Both the position numbers and the translations under genes were made by a program. A DNA stretch of 64,000 nt, taken from positions 256,001-320,000 of the forward strand of contig CAWHXP010000007.1 in NCBI GenBank assembly GCA_963833425.1, read 5' to 3'. The number at the start of each line of letters is the position of its first letter. Position 1 is the stretch's first letter. The notes under the pieces were generated by a model, which saw nothing but the letters and a program-made list of their open reading frames with translations, was not told the origin of the DNA and did not search any database. Origin of the DNA: an uncultured Methanosarcinaceae archaeon. GTDB lineage: Archaea; Halobacteriota; Methanosarcinia; Methanosarcinales; Methanosarcinaceae. Of the stretch, positions 45,214 to 58,130 are shown one piece after another.

Positions 45214-46191
45214 ATGAGCGAAATATCACTCGAAGAGTTGCCCGGAGTTGGTCCCGCAACTGCAGAAAAACTCAAAGAAGCCGGATTTAATACAATTGAA
45301 GCAGTGGCTGTAGCTTCTCCATCTGAACTTGCAACAACAGTCGAAATCGGAGAATCGACTGCTGCAAAAATCATCAATGCTGCTAGGCAGGCAGCTGATA
45401 TCGGAGGTTTTGAGACCGGGGACTTAGTTCTTGAAAGGCGAAAATTGGTAGGCAAGTTGACCACAGGTTGTACGGAATTTGATGAAATGATGGGGGGTGG
45501 AATAGAAACCCAGGCTATCACCGAACTTTATGGAGAATTTGGTTCCGGAAAAACTCAGCTGGCTCACCAACTAGCAGTGAACGTTCAGATGGACAGAGAA
45601 CATGGTGGTCTAAGTGGTTCTGTTATCATAATAGATACTGAAAATACATTCAGGCCCGAAAGAATAACCCAGATGGTGAAAGGGATTTCCGAGAAGTACG
45701 GTATGGAACTTGACCCTGAAGAGTTCCTTCAGAATATTCATGTTGCCAGAGCATATAATTCCAATCACCAGATACTTCTTGTAGATTCCGCAACAGATCT
45801 AGCAAACGAACTCAAAGAAATTGGCAAACCTACCCGTCTGTTAATCGTCGACTCACTGATGGCTCATTTTAGGGCTGAATATGTCGGTAGGGGAACCCTT
45901 GCGGACAGACAACAGAAACTCAATAAGCACATGCATGGCTTGCTTCGCTTCGGTGACTTATTCAATGCCTGCGTAGTTGTAACAAACCAGGTCATGTCGA
46001 AGCCCGATACATTCTTTGGAGACCCCACAAGACCCATTGGAGGGCATATTGTGGGGCACACTGCAACCTTCAGGCTTTACCTAAGAAAATCCAAAGGAGA
46101 AAAAAGAATCGTACGTCTGGTCGACTCACCCAACCTTCCAGAAGGAGAAGCTGTTATCGCAGTCACTACAGCTGGACTGGCGGATCAATAA
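45214..46191 (+). CDS. radA: DNA repair and recombination protein RadA
   Basis: Hh[43 protein letters not shown]. The ATG at 45214 follows the RBS ggagg. Confidence 0.98.
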   Translation: MSEISLEELPGVGPATAEKLKEAGFNTIEAVAVASPSELATTVEIGESTAAKIINAARQAADIGGFETGDLVLERRKLVGKLTTGCTEFDEMMGGGIETQAITELYGEFGSGKTQLAHQLAVNVQMDREHGGLSGSVIIIDTENTFRPERITQMVKGISEKYGMELDPEEFLQNIHVARAYNSNHQILLVDSATDLANELKEIGKPTRLLIVDSLMAHFRAEYVGRGTLADRQQKLNKHMHGLLRFGDLFNACVVVTNQVMSKPDTFFGDPTRPIGGHIVGHTATFRLYLRKSKGEKRIVRLVDSPNLPEGEAVIAVTTAGLADQ

Positions 46192-46392
46192 AAATTAGAA
46201 CCAGATTATATATCCTCATTGGTAGGGAAAATATTTTGTTTCCACCATCCAATCGTTTTTAATGAAATTTAGAGTTATATTTGTTTACATTGGCGGGACA
46301 ATTACTAGCGAGAAAAGGTAATTCCTGCTAGTGAACATCAAGAAAATATGCTTTTTAAAGTCTCAGTCGCTCTTGAACGAAAAGTATTCTAT

Positions 46393-46482
46393 GGAGAATT
46401 TTGATAAACTCTTAAGTTCTGTCAAATGCTTATAAATGTTATATGAATAATTCTTGAAAATCGAGGTTTATCGAAATCTTCC
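46393..46482. mobile_element. 90-bp MITE
   Basis: Ends ggagaattttgataaact ... ggtttatcgaaatcttcc, close to the TIRs of the IS at 55431-56563. Confidence 0.7.
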
Positions 46483-46831
46483 ATAATTCATCATTAATGT
46501 ATATCGAAGCATTCTTTTATGTTTCTATGCACGAAATGCAGCAATGTCGCAGATTTGCTGCAAATTTGACATCATAGTTTTTGTATACTTCATGCAATTA
46601 GATTCGTCATAATTGTTCTTTCATTACTTATGATTTATTTAGATGTGTGATTTTACAGAAAAATCTGGTACATTGCTCCGAATGTAAGTGTATATCTTTT
46701 TAGGTAGTAAGAGAATAAATAATCGGCAAATTTTCAGATATTTCGCATTTTGTTAGGATTATTTACAGTTTCATCGCAATATTTAACTACAAAAAGTTTC
46801 TATTTAATTCTGATAGGAGGGTTGTTAAGTA

Positions 46832-47005
46832 ATGAAATTATGGGAATATGATTCTCGCAGGATTCATGGTGTTCATCTGGCACAGCAGATGACAGATCTC
46901 GAAAGAATAGGAAACGAGGGTTGGGAGTTGGTTTTGATGAAAAACGATCTCGACGAAGATGGAGCAGTGACAGCAATTTTCAAAAGAGAAAAAGAAAGTG
47001 AGTAA
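46832..47005 (+). CDS. Small protein (57 aa), DUF4177-like
   Basis: RBS ggagg; MKLWEYDSRRIHGVHLAQQMTDLERIGNEGWELVLMKNDLDEDGAVTAIFKREKESE shows the WEY...G.EGWELV...FKR pattern. Below the ORF-track cutoff. Confidence 0.75.
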   Translation: MKLWEYDSRRIHGVHLAQQMTDLERIGNEGWELVLMKNDLDEDGAVTAIFKREKESE

Positions 47006-47249
47006 CTATATTCAATTGATCGCCTTTAAATTTTAAGATTCCTCAGCTCAAAAAGTTCCATCTTCTTAATATTTATTTCCCAAATAATTTTATGAGTGCA
47101 TTCTTAAATAGATAGACAGGTTAGTCGATAGACAAGGAATCAGTTATAAAGATTTTCTTTTTTTGAAATTCTCCTTTTTGGATCCTGTTTATGTTTTACA
47201 TCTCCTCATTTATAAGAGGATACTATATTATAATGGCAACTTGGCTTCA

Positions 47250-47930
47250 CATGTCTAATAAATTTCTTTCCCAATTTAAAAAATCTTTTTAATGTATTGT
47301 TTTTCTTTCTTGCTGATACTTTGGCGATCAGTATTAAAATTCATTTTGCTATTTTTGATCCCTTTTTGTGCTTATGTCATTGTAGAATTTATCCGCTGCT
47401 TGGTGTATATTCAGAACAACTTCAATCCACAAAAAGTTATTCATTAAGTTTGAATTACAAAAAATAGAGCCCTTCATAGGGTGATTTGGAATTTTTTCAT
47501 ATATAAAACTCTTTTTCCTCTTATACAGTTTCTATATTCCATTTTTTTCTTATTGGTAAGGTATTTGTTTGGCAGATTTGTATATTAGATCCATTTTTTA
47601 TTCCAGTTTTAGATTTCTTAGAATGCTGTGGAGATGGAAACTTTCGTGAGAATCGTTATCAACTAACTTATTTGCGTTTCAAGTCACCTTTGAACTTTGA
47701 AATTGTATTACGTTATTTAAACTATTGTATCCACAACATAATATATTATATGTTTTTTATGATGCATCAAAAAAATTTTGAGATATCTTTAAACGTGATG
47801 TCTGCCTCTTTTTCTTGTCGGACACTTTTTCACCCACGATAGCTGCTTTATTCTTCGATGAAATTCTTTAATTTTTCGTACTTTTTGGCTATATATTTTT
47901 TTCTTGGATTTAGCCATATCCAGATATTTG
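47250..47930 (-). mobile_element. Possible highly decayed DDE transposase remnant
   Basis: Only a K-W-N-I-E-T relic near 47525-47550 (cf. YxxRWxIE); boundaries uncertain. Confidence 0.25.
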
Positions 47931-48147
47931 TTAGCTAATATTTAGAAGGGGACTAAAGAGGCAAAAATACTATTTAAAAAGCAAATAAAGTGTTAACAAT
48001 ACAAAATATTATTAAACTCTAATATATTATACTAATCCGAAATTCATATTTCTGACATGAAAACCCAGAGTCTAATAACCTGAGATCAATACAACTCCAA
48101 TCCGACATCTGAATAATTCAAAATAATCAGACACAGGAGCAAATTTA

Positions 48148-49396
48148 ATGTATTCTCTGAAATGTATCGAATGCGGTGCAGAGTATTCCAAAGATGCAAT
48201 AATCTATACTTGCAGCAAATGTGACGGTCTGCTTGATGTTATTTATAATTATTCCTCAATCGAGATCGATATGGATAAACTAAAGACTGAATGCCCCTCA
48301 GTCTGGAAGTACGCAAAACTTCTTCCTGTAAAAAGAATGCCAGTAACTCTCAAAGAGGGAGGGACTCCTCTTTACAAATGCGACCGTCTTGCCGAAAAAA
48401 TAGGAATAAAAAAACTGTACGTAAAACACGAAGGTATGAATCCAACAGGCTCCTTCAAGGATAGGGGAATGACAGTCGGGGTTACGAAAGCACTTGAACT
48501 CGGAATGAAAACATTTGCTTGTGCGTCTACAGGGAATACCTCTGCAGCTCTTGCGATCTATGGGGCAAAAGCAGGCGTTCCTGTAGTTGTGCTGCTACCT
48601 GCAGGAAAAGTAGCTCTTGGAAAAATTGCACAGGCTTTGATGCACGGGGCAAAGGTCCTAAGCATCCGTGGGAACTTTGATGACGCACTCGCTCTTGTGC
48701 GTACTCTCTGCTACCAGGAAAATATCTACCTTTTAAACTCAATCAATCCTTATAGATTGGAAGGCCAAAAAACCATTGGTTTTGAGATTGCAGACCAGTT
48801 AGGTTTTAGGGTGCCTGACAGAGTTGTCCTTCCCGTAGGGAATGCAGGGAATATTACTGCTATTTATAAAGGCTTCAAGGAGTTTAAGATACTCGGTATA
48901 ACGAATTCTCTTCCGAAGATGACAGGAATTCAGGCAGAAGGCTCCTGTCCCAGTTGTAAAAGCTATAAAGAGTGGAGCTCCAGAGATAACTCCGGAAGGC
49001 AATCCTGAGACAATTGCAACAGCAATCAGGATAGGAAACCCTGTCAACTCCAAAAAAGCTCTCAGAGCAATACGGGAATCCGGTGGAACTGCAGAGTCAG
49101 TTACTGACGAAGAAATTCTCGCAGCCCAGAAGGATCTTGCAAGGCTTGAGGGGATCGGGGTCGAACCTGCGAGTGCAGCATCGGTCGCAGGACTTAGGAA
49201 ACTTGTTAAAATGGGCATAATAAACATAGATGAAACCGTGGTATGCATCACTACCGGACATCTTCTAAAAGATATATCTTCTGTTAGTGAGATTTGCGAG
49301 GAGCCTACTGTAGTGGATGCAAATATCGAATCTATCCGGGAAGCTATCCTTGGAAGGATGAGTAAAAAAGAAAACAATTTAGTGTCGTGTCCTTGA
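48148..49396 (+). CDS. thrC: Threonine synthase, with one frameshift near 48950
   Basis: EGMNPTGSFKDRG, ASTGNTS, PVGNAGN, then PETIATAIRIGNP, EPASAAS and TGHLLKD in the shifted frame. Confidence 0.93.
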
Positions 49397-49717
49397 GTCA
49401 TTGATCAAATCTGAAAAACGAGTAGCTCTCGTATTTATGGAAAAATGTAGATGAGTCTAGTGCTGGAGATTTTCAACAACTCATGGATGCGACACAAGTT
49501 GGATTATAAATTAAATTAGAGTGATACGAAGATGAATATTTACGTGCAGAATCTTAACAGTTAAGAAATTGGCGTAACAAGGCTCCAGTACCTGCAATCT
49601 ATAATATTTTTTAAGACCGCTTACTGGTTTCCTGTAATCGTTTTGACATGATTCATTATTATACTCTACATTTAGATTAAGTTCTTTTATCATAATTTTC
49701 GGTGGGTGTGAACACGA

Positions 49718-52625
49718 ATGGAGCATGACTATAAACCTCATGAGATTGAACAGAAATGGCAAAAAAATTGGACTGAAAGCCGAATTTTCCAGGCAGAACC
49801 GAATAAACGGGAAAAATTTTTCATAACTATCCCCTACCCTTACCTTAACGGAAATCTCCATGCTGGGCACACCAGGACTTTTACTATAGGGGACGTAGTA
49901 GCCCGGCATAAACGGATGCTAGGATATAATGTGCTTTACCCCATGGGCTTTCATGTAACCGGTACTCCAATCGTGGGACTTGCGGAACTAATTGCAAGCC
50001 GGGATCCCCAAACAATGGATGTCTACGAACATCTCCATGGAATTCCAAAAGATATTCTCCCTACCCTTGAAACGCCTGAAAATGTCGTTGATTACTTTAA
50101 ACATGAGGCTGAGAAAGCAATGCGCATGATAGGGTATTCTATTGATTGGAGACGGAAGTTCACAACCACGGACCCTACTTACAAAAAATTTATACAATGG
50201 CAATACATACGTCTTGCGGAAAAAAACCATAATAGTCAAAGGCTCTCACCCTTTAAAATGGTGTCCTCACGACAACAACCCTGTAGAAGACCACGACATA
50301 CTTCATGGGGAAGACGCCACTATCGTGGAATATACCCTCATCAAATTTAGATATAAAGACCTAGTCTTTCCTTGTGCAACCCTCAGGCCGGAAACAACTT
50401 ACGGAGTAACAAATCTCTGGGTCAATCCGAACGTGGATTACTTAAAAATCAGGGTTGAAAAAAACAGATGCGAAGAGTTCTGGGTTGTAAGCAGGGAAGC
50501 TTTCCGAAAATTAACCTTTACGGACAGGAAAGTCGAGTATATTGAGGATATACCTGCAAAATCCCTAGTAGGAATTAAACTCACAAATCCGATAACAGGA
50601 GATAAAATAATTTCCCTTCCTGCTTCTTTTGTCAGGCCTGAAAACGGAAGCGGAATCGTAATGAGTGTGCCTGCACATGCGCCCTTTGACTACTTGGCAC
50701 TTCGTGACCTTTATGATGTTGATTTGCGTGATTATGGAATAACCGAAGACTTGAAAGAGATCAAACTGACTTTCCCTTATAAAAGTACCTGAATTTGGAG
50801 AATTCCCGGCAAAAGAAATCGTAGAAAGTATGGGAATAACAAGTCAGAGTGATAAAAGAGCTGATGAAGCCACGAAGATTGTATACAGGAGAGAATTCCA
50901 TGGTGGAATACTCAAAAAGATCACTGGAAAATACGAAGGATGTTCAGTCTCGAAGATCAAGGATATCCTTACTAGGGACTTAATCAGTTCGGATGCAGGA
51001 GAACTATTTTATGAACTCAGTGAGCCAGTGGTTTGTCGCTGCGGTACACCATGTGTCGTAAATATGGTAAAAGGCCAGTGGTTCCTTAATTATTCAGATC
51101 CTGAATGGAAATCGAAAGTTTATAAATGCCTTAGCAAGATGCGGATTATTCCTGAAGAGTATAGGGTTGAGTTTGAAAACAAGGTTGATTGGCTAAAGGA
51201 CAAAGCATGCGCTCGCAAAAAAGGCCTTGGAACCCGTCTGCCTCTTGATAAGGAATGGCTAATCGAGTCCCTAGGGGATTCGACAATTTACATGAGTTAT
51301 TACATAATTGCCAAATTCATAGAGAAAGGCGACCTGGCTCTGGAGCAGCTTACCCTTTCTTTCTTTGACTACATACTGCTCGGAAAAGGTAATAATGCAG
51401 CTGTTTCTGCAGAAACTGGTATTGAGTCAGGGATCCTGGAAGAAATCCGCAGCGATTTTACCTACTGGTATCCTGTGGACTTACGTTCTTCCGGGAAGGA
51501 TCTTGTTCCGAACCATCTTCTTTTCTTCCTCTTCCACCATGTAGCCCTTTTTGGGGAAGAAAGCTGGCCCAAGGCTCTTGCTGTAAATGGATTTGTTTCC
51601 CTTGAGGGGCAAAAAATGAGCAAATCCAAAGGGCCGATCCTCACTATGGAAAGTGCAGTAAGAGATTACGGTGCTGACATAACAAGAATGTACATACTTT
51701 CCACAGCTGAACAGACTCAGGATGCAGACTGGCATAAGACAGGAATCGAATCCACCAGAAGGCAGATGGATAGGTTTTACTCCTTTGCAGAAGATGTTAT
51801 AGAGAGTGGAAAACGTGGCTACATAAGCTCTGAGCTCAAGCAGATTGATCGCTGGATGCTTTCGCGGATACAGGGCTACATCCATAAAACAAATATTGCC
51901 CTTGACTCCATCCAGACAAGGGAAGCCATCCAGAATTCTTTCTTCTTGCTCATAAACGATGTAAAGTGGTACCAAAGGAGAGGGGGAGAGAATCTGCTAT
52001 ACTATGTGCTTGATAATTGGGTCAGGCTCCTAGCTCCCTTTATCCCACATATTTGTGAAGAAATTTGGGAGGCTATGGGACATGAAGATCCTGTTTCCCT
52101 TGTACAGTACCCTCTCTATAATGAAGATCTAATGAACGATGGCGCAGAACTCATTGAAGAAATAATTAAAGATACTTCTGGATGACATTGAAGAAATAAT
52201 ACGAGTAACAAAAATGACTCCTCAGAAAGTCCACCTCTATACAGCGCCTGCCTGGAAAGTATCAGTCATAAAAAAATATATATGTGAAATTAACCTAAAA
52301 GCTTCTATTGAGGCAGGTACTTTTATTAAAACCCTTATGGTAAATCCTGAACTAAGAGTATTTGGAAAAGAAATTCCAAAGTTAGTCCAAAAGATTATTA
52401 CCGAGTTCAAAAGCGGAGGTGCAGAAAGATATGAGATTTTTGATGGTCTTGGTTTAGATGAACAGGACCTTCTGAAAGAGTCAGCTTCCTTCCTGGAAAA
52501 AGAAATAGGCTGTCCCTGTTGAGATTCACAGTGCAGATTCTCCAGCTTATGACCCTGAAAAGAAGTCCAGGTTTGCAGAGCCTCTTAGGCCTGCTATTTA
52601 CATTGAAGGAAGAAATGGAGAGTAA
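49718..52625 (+). CDS. leuS: Leucine--tRNA ligase (archaeal type), split by about four single-base frameshifts
   Basis: PYPYLNGNLHAGH, ATLRPET, SVPAHAPFD, GKDLVPNHL, KMSKS, C-terminal AEPLRPAIYIE. Confidence 0.95.
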
Positions 52626-53413
52626 AAGAAGCCATTTATGCTTCTTGGCATTTTCTTCCTCTTTTATACTATTTTGATGCTTTAGTTCTAAATCATTTCT
52701 CTATTTTACATTGGAAACAGTAGTCTCGAATTGCTGTAGTTTCGAAGACTACTCTGGTATTTTTTCCAATTTTTCCTCAATGGTTCACAAGAGAAAACTT
52801 CATCTATCCGATATTCTGCAGATGTACATAGATATAGAATTCATTTGCTTATTTATCCACCATTGTTCATTGAAAACTAGATTAATTTTTAAGCTACTGT
52901 CATATTGAGGGAATAGATGGTATTCTTGTGCACATTTGCATAAAGTGAATTTTCTCCTTAAGGTTTTTCAATTTTCTGTCTTCTTCAAGTGAGATTTATG
53001 TTCTTTATTTTTCTTAAGAGAATGTTTATCTATAAGAGACGTGTTCACATAAGGCAACCTCTTATGTTTACTCTGCATATGGGAGTTACCTCAATCAAGG
53101 CTCGAAATAGGAATAATTCTAAAATTATATTGATTTTTCAGGAAATAAAGGAATATGCAATCTTGAAATACAGGTCCATAGACTCTTGAGCATCTTATAA
53201 GGAATCGGAAAATTCATCATTATTTCCCACTTTCTACGGCTCAAAGAATTCAAAAACAGAAAATAATAAAAATTTTAAGATTCAGGATGAATACTCTCAC
53301 TTTAAAAAATGTTTACTTTAAACGTAATTACTTATGTACAAGCTTATAGTCTGATTGGTAAAGCTTATGTCCGAATATTCTTGTAATTAATCTTGTAATC
53401 TCAGAGGGAAAAA

Positions 53414-54373
53414 ATGGATTTTCAAGCTTCTGCTAAAAAACTTACAACTTCAGTCAAAAGTGCAAAAATAGTCCCGAATATGACTGTAGATGAGCTTGTA
53501 ACTGAATACGGTGGTTGTGCCTTTGGAGCAGGCAGGCTGGCTGAGGCTGTGGACATATATTATGAGATGCTGGCTTCCGAAAAAACGACTAAATTTTTTG
53601 GACTTGCAGGTGCCATGACTCCTGCAGGCATGAGAATAATCATTGCGGATCTCATACGGGATGGACACATCGATGTCCTTGTAACTACTGGAGCTAATAT
53701 GGTTCATGATACAGTTGAAGCTCTGGGTCTTCACCACTATAAGGATACAGATTGTTCAAACGATATCCAGCTGAGACATGAATGTATAAACAGAATTTAT
53801 GATGTATATCTTCCTGACCAGCATTTTGCCGATCTTGAGGAGTTTTTGCAAAGAGTTTATGCCGGGCTTCCGGAGGAAAAGCTCTCTATCCGGCAAGTCC
53901 TTACAGAAATAGGGAATAACTTGGATGACGACTCTTCCATCCTGAAAATCGCAGCAGAGATGGATGTTCCGATTTATTGCCCTGCTCTTCAGGACTCTGT
54001 GATGGGGCTTCAAGCATGGTTGTACAGGGAAGGAAATCCTCTGCATGTAGACGCATTTGCTGATATGCACGAATACATGGAAACATGCTATGAGGCTGAA
54101 AGTGCTGGTGTGATGTTGCTAGGGGGTGGAGTTCCAAAAAACTATATTCTCCAGTCCATGCTTGTGACTCCTAAGTCTTTTGACTATGCAATTCAACTTA
54201 CAATGGATCACCCGGAAACAGGTGGCTTGAGTGGAGCAACTCTTGACGAAGCCAAGTCTTGGGGAAAGGTAGGAGAAAATGCGAAATCAGTGACGGTATA
54301 CGCAGATGCAACTATCACTCTTCCGATCATTGTCGCAGCTGTGCGGACTCGTCTTGTAAAAGATGTGATTTAA
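53414..54373 (+). CDS. dys: Deoxyhypusine synthase
   Basis: [47 protein letters not shown]. Confidence 0.95.
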   Translation: MDFQASAKKLTTSVKSAKIVPNMTVDELVTEYGGCAFGAGRLAEAVDIYYEMLASEKTTKFFGLAGAMTPAGMRIIIADLIRDGHIDVLVTTGANMVHDTVEALGLHHYKDTDCSNDIQLRHECINRIYDVYLPDQHFADLEEFLQRVYAGLPEEKLSIRQVLTEIGNNLDDDSSILKIAAEMDVPIYCPALQDSVMGLQAWLYREGNPLHVDAFADMHEYMETCYEAESAGVMLLGGGVPKNYILQSMLVTPKSFDYAIQLTMDHPETGGLSGATLDEAKSWGKVGENAKSVTVYADATITLPIIVAAVRTRLVKDVI

Positions 54374-55037
54374 TGGAAAAGAATACGTGTATAATTCTTG
54401 CTCTGGACGTACTCGAGAGGGAAGAAGCACTGAGAATTGCGGAAGATGTTCAGGAATTTGTAGATGGAATAAAAGTAGGTTATCCCCTAGTACTTGCTAC
54501 AGGGCTTGGAATTATCAGGGAACTTGCCAATTTTGCTCCTGTAATTGCAGATTTCAAGGTTGCAGACATCCCAAACACCAATCGCCTGATCTGTGAGCAG
54601 GTTTTTGAAGCAGGAGCAAATGCAATTATTGTTCAGGGTTTTACTGGGAGAGACAGCCTTGATGCCTGCATTGAAGTAGCTTCTGAGTATGGAAAAGATG
54701 TTTTTGTTGTAACCGAAATGAGCCATCCGGGTGGAGCCGAATTTCTGCAGCCTGCGCAGAAATAATCGCAAAGATGGCCGCTGAAGCAGGGGCTTTCGGG
54801 CTTGTTGCCCCTGCCACCAGGCCTGAAAGGGTAAAAAAGCTACGAAATATTATTGGAGACGAACTTGCTATTATAGCCCCGGGAGTGGGGGCTCAGGGAG
54901 GGACAGCATCTAAAGCGATTTCTGCAGGAGCAGACTGGGTAATTGTAGGAAGGATTGTCTATAGGGCAGAATCACCAAAAAAGGCTATTTGCGAGATTGT
55001 TAAGGAAATTGATACTGAGCTTAAAGGAGATAGCTAA
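54373..55037 (+). CDS. pyrF: Orotidine 5'-phosphate decarboxylase, with one frameshift near 54760
   Basis: [45 protein letters not shown]. Confidence 0.95.
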
Positions 55038-55133
55038 AGAATACTTTTCTGAAATGTATTTCTTATTAAGATTTTGATAAATCCATAAATTTAGCTATAT
55101 GCTTATTAATGGTATACACATAACTCGTAAATC

Positions 55134-57269
55134 GGATCTGTAGAAATCCTTAATTTGATGCAAATTGTCTCTATAACTTTTTTGTTTATATTGTATACTA
55201 TTAATTTAATTTTAATCTCTTTTACTTGATAACGGAATTTCCTTGCCCTAAGTGTCTCTCGTAATTTTCTTTTAACTACAAAAAACATCTTCTCTGTTAT
55301 ATTTCTTTGATTACATTTGATTTTGTCAAAGACCAGGTTCAATTGCTTTCTGTATTTTCCACTTATTTTCTTCCTTTTTCTCTCTCTTACAGGTATAATT
55401 AAATCTGCTTTGATTTCTTCTCTAATTATAGAGAATTTCAATAAACTTCGGATTTTATTTCTTAGCAGTAATTTCTCATATCTTCCCATCAATTTCTCTA
55501 TTTAATTCCTCTTTTTGGCTTTACTTTATTCTCAATTCTTTGATTTTAAAGATAGCTTCCGCTATCTTCAATATACTTTTTTTATTTTCAATTTCCTCAA
55601 TTGATGGAGATTATAACAAAAAGCCGTACACAACATTTTTAGATTTACTCTTTTAACAGTAGTAACAAAAACTCTTCCTGCTTTGAAAATTTCTTTAGTT
55701 ACTGAATTGATTCTTTCCCGTTGAACTCTTTTTGAGCTAATTTTCTTATTTCTGAATATATCCTTTATTCCCAGCGTATGTCCTTTGACTGCTCTTTTCA
55801 TTGTTGCATTATACCCTTTAGTTTTTGCTCCAAAGTATCCTCTGTCCTTATAAACCACTTCATTTTCCTCTGTCAAATCTACATACGAATCATGTACTGA
55901 CGCAGTTGTTGTTTGAATCTTCTGATCAGCTCATAATCTCTGTCTATTATATTATGAAGCTTATATCCAAAGTGAGACTTACCTCCCTTCTTTGTCCATG
56001 TTCCGTCTCTGTTTCTTCTTGTTTTTGCCTCATCTCTCTCCTTTTGCATGTCCTGAATCTGAATGGATAAAAGTAGCATCCTGAATCATTCCCTGCTTTA
56101 TCTGTAAACCCAGAGCATCAAGTTGGCTTTGCAACTTTCCCTATATTTTCTTTGAAATTCTCGATAATTCTCTCCCTAAATAGCCATACAGTAGTACTGT
56201 AAGGTACGTATTCCGGAAATCCAAGGAATTTCCTAAAAGAAATTCGATCTATACACTGTTTCTCAAGTTCAAAATCAGAGAGACCATGCCATTGTTGTAA
56301 AACAAGCATTTTGAATATCACAATGACATTAGTTTCAGGTATCCCTCCTGAAACGGTTTTGTTAATATACATAGACTAAAGAATAATACGAAACGTTTTC
56401 CAATCAATTAAGGAAGCAATTTCAGAAAGCTTATCTCCAACAGATTCAAGAAGTTTATACTATTTTTAAGAGCAAAATCAGTAAGAGTTTTCATGAATAT
56501 ACATAAATATTGACAAATTTAAAGCCAACCATGCTCAAGAGCAGGGAGGTTATCGAAATTCTCTATAGAATGTATTTTTTCTGAATCGTATCCTTATCCA
56601 TTACATAACAATCAGACTTTCTCATCTTATTTGATTGCCTTATCAGAGCACTTGCATGTTTGATTTCATGGTCTATTTTTTGGCTAATTTTCCATCCCAA
56701 TATTACCTTTTTACTTGTATCTACTGATATTGAAGTTCTCAGGAAGCTTCTTCGAAGCTTCTCTGTTCTTCTGGAATAATAATTATAACTTGCATATGAA
56801 CTCGTAAATCCTGTTGCATCAATCGCTGCAACAGAGGCATTTTCTCGATATGAGTAAAACAACTTTAGAATCCTTGACAGAAGAAGGTTAAACAGAGAGG
56901 AAGGAATCCTAGTTATAAACTTTTGAAGGGTAATGAGATGTGGAATCTTATCAAGAGCAAATTTTTCTTTTATATCCTCATAAAATCAATGAGTTCTACA
57001 AAATCTTGATAGGCTATACTAATATACCCTTTCAATAAAATCAGTACAAGAAGCTGATGCTGGGTATAAACATATTTTGAATACTTGCAGGAATAAAACT
57101 TCAGTCTCGAAGACTGAACTGTTTCAAGGCTAGTATCAACAAATTTAATGTACTTATTAAATTTTAATATTGAATATTCCTTCATTTTTAGTGAAAAAAT
57201 AAGAAAATATTAGAACGGAATAGTTATAATATAGTGTAAAAGTCCAGTTTGGAGCATTTCTACAGAGCC
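55134..57269 (-). mobile_element. IS5-family ISH1-group element (~1.0 kb without its insert), interrupted by a second IS
   Basis: TIRs ggatctgtagaaat / atttctacagagcc; 8-bp TSD cgtaaatc at 55126-55133 and 57270-57277; transposase motifs YTQHQL and AIDATGF. Confidence 0.92.
55431..56563 (-). mobile_element. IS5-subgroup element (1133 bp) nested in the ISH1-group transposase; its own transposase is disrupted
   Basis: TIRs gagaatttcaataaac / ggttatcgaaattctc; 4-bp TSD tata (55427-55430, 56564-56567); motifs LQQWHGLSD, DRISFRKFLG, FGYKLH, DRGY. Confidence 0.92.
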
Positions 57270-57336
57270 CGTAAATCAGATGTTTATCAAAATATCTTTA
57301 TATTAACCATTTGTTATTTGAATATAAATCAGATGC

Positions 57337-58120
57337 CTATGATGAAAAATTTAGCTGATTTTATGATGAACCCTATGAGTTCTGAGGCATCAAAATCGAG
57401 TGTCACATAAATTAAATATTAAGAAAACCACGAGTAGAATATTTAAACTAGTGAATGCTGAAAACTTCCTAAAGTCTGAAGAGCTTTCAGGATGTAATCT
57501 GGAAATTTTGAGAAAGTATTTCAGATATTTGAGGCATGAAGGGAATAGAGAAAGAACCGCTTTAAACCATATGGAGAATATGATATGGATATCGAAGGCG
57601 ATTCATGAGTGCAATTTGGGAAAACTTACATAGGATGATCTGTATCTCTTTTTTGATGCTTTAGAAAACTATACTTACACAGATAGGGCAAGTAAGGTAA
57701 AGAAATATTTTAATCCAACAAAGGAAACTCGAAAAGTATCTTTTAGGAAGTTCTTAAAATGGAACAAGAATTACGAGCTTCATGAAAAAATAAAATGCAA
57801 ACGACTCAAAGGACAGAAGCTTCCTAAAGACATCGAGTGTAAAGAAGATATTGTAAAAATGACTGAAGCAGGCGGCAATAGTCTGGATAGAGCCATTATA
57901 GCTTGTTTTTACGAGTCTGGCGCCAGAAGAGGAGAACAACTGGCTGTTAGCTCAAAAACATAGAGCTTGATGAATATGGGACTGTGATTACATTCCCGGA
58001 AGGTAAGACCGGAGCTCTGAGAGTTAGATTGATTTTCTCTGCTCCATACTACGGGAATGGATAGATGATCACCCCAGAAAGGATGACAGAGATGCACCTT
58101 TATGGTGCACATTGGAAAAA
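57337..58120 (+). pseudogene. Truncated tyrosine recombinase/integrase (C-terminal catalytic HxxR...Y region missing)
   Basis: Read through TAG 57631-57633 and two indels: RAIIACFYESGARRGE, EGKTGA.RVRLIFS.PY..EWIDDHP...DAPLWCTLEK; then an abrupt switch to the GRE gene. Start position approximate. Confidence 0.85.
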
Positions 58121-58130
58121 AGGGATCGCT

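Noticed and set aside
57631..57633. Amber codon in the integrase as a functional pyrrolysine site
   Set aside because: The gene lacks its catalytic C-terminus and has further indels, so a nonsense mutation in a dead gene is simpler.
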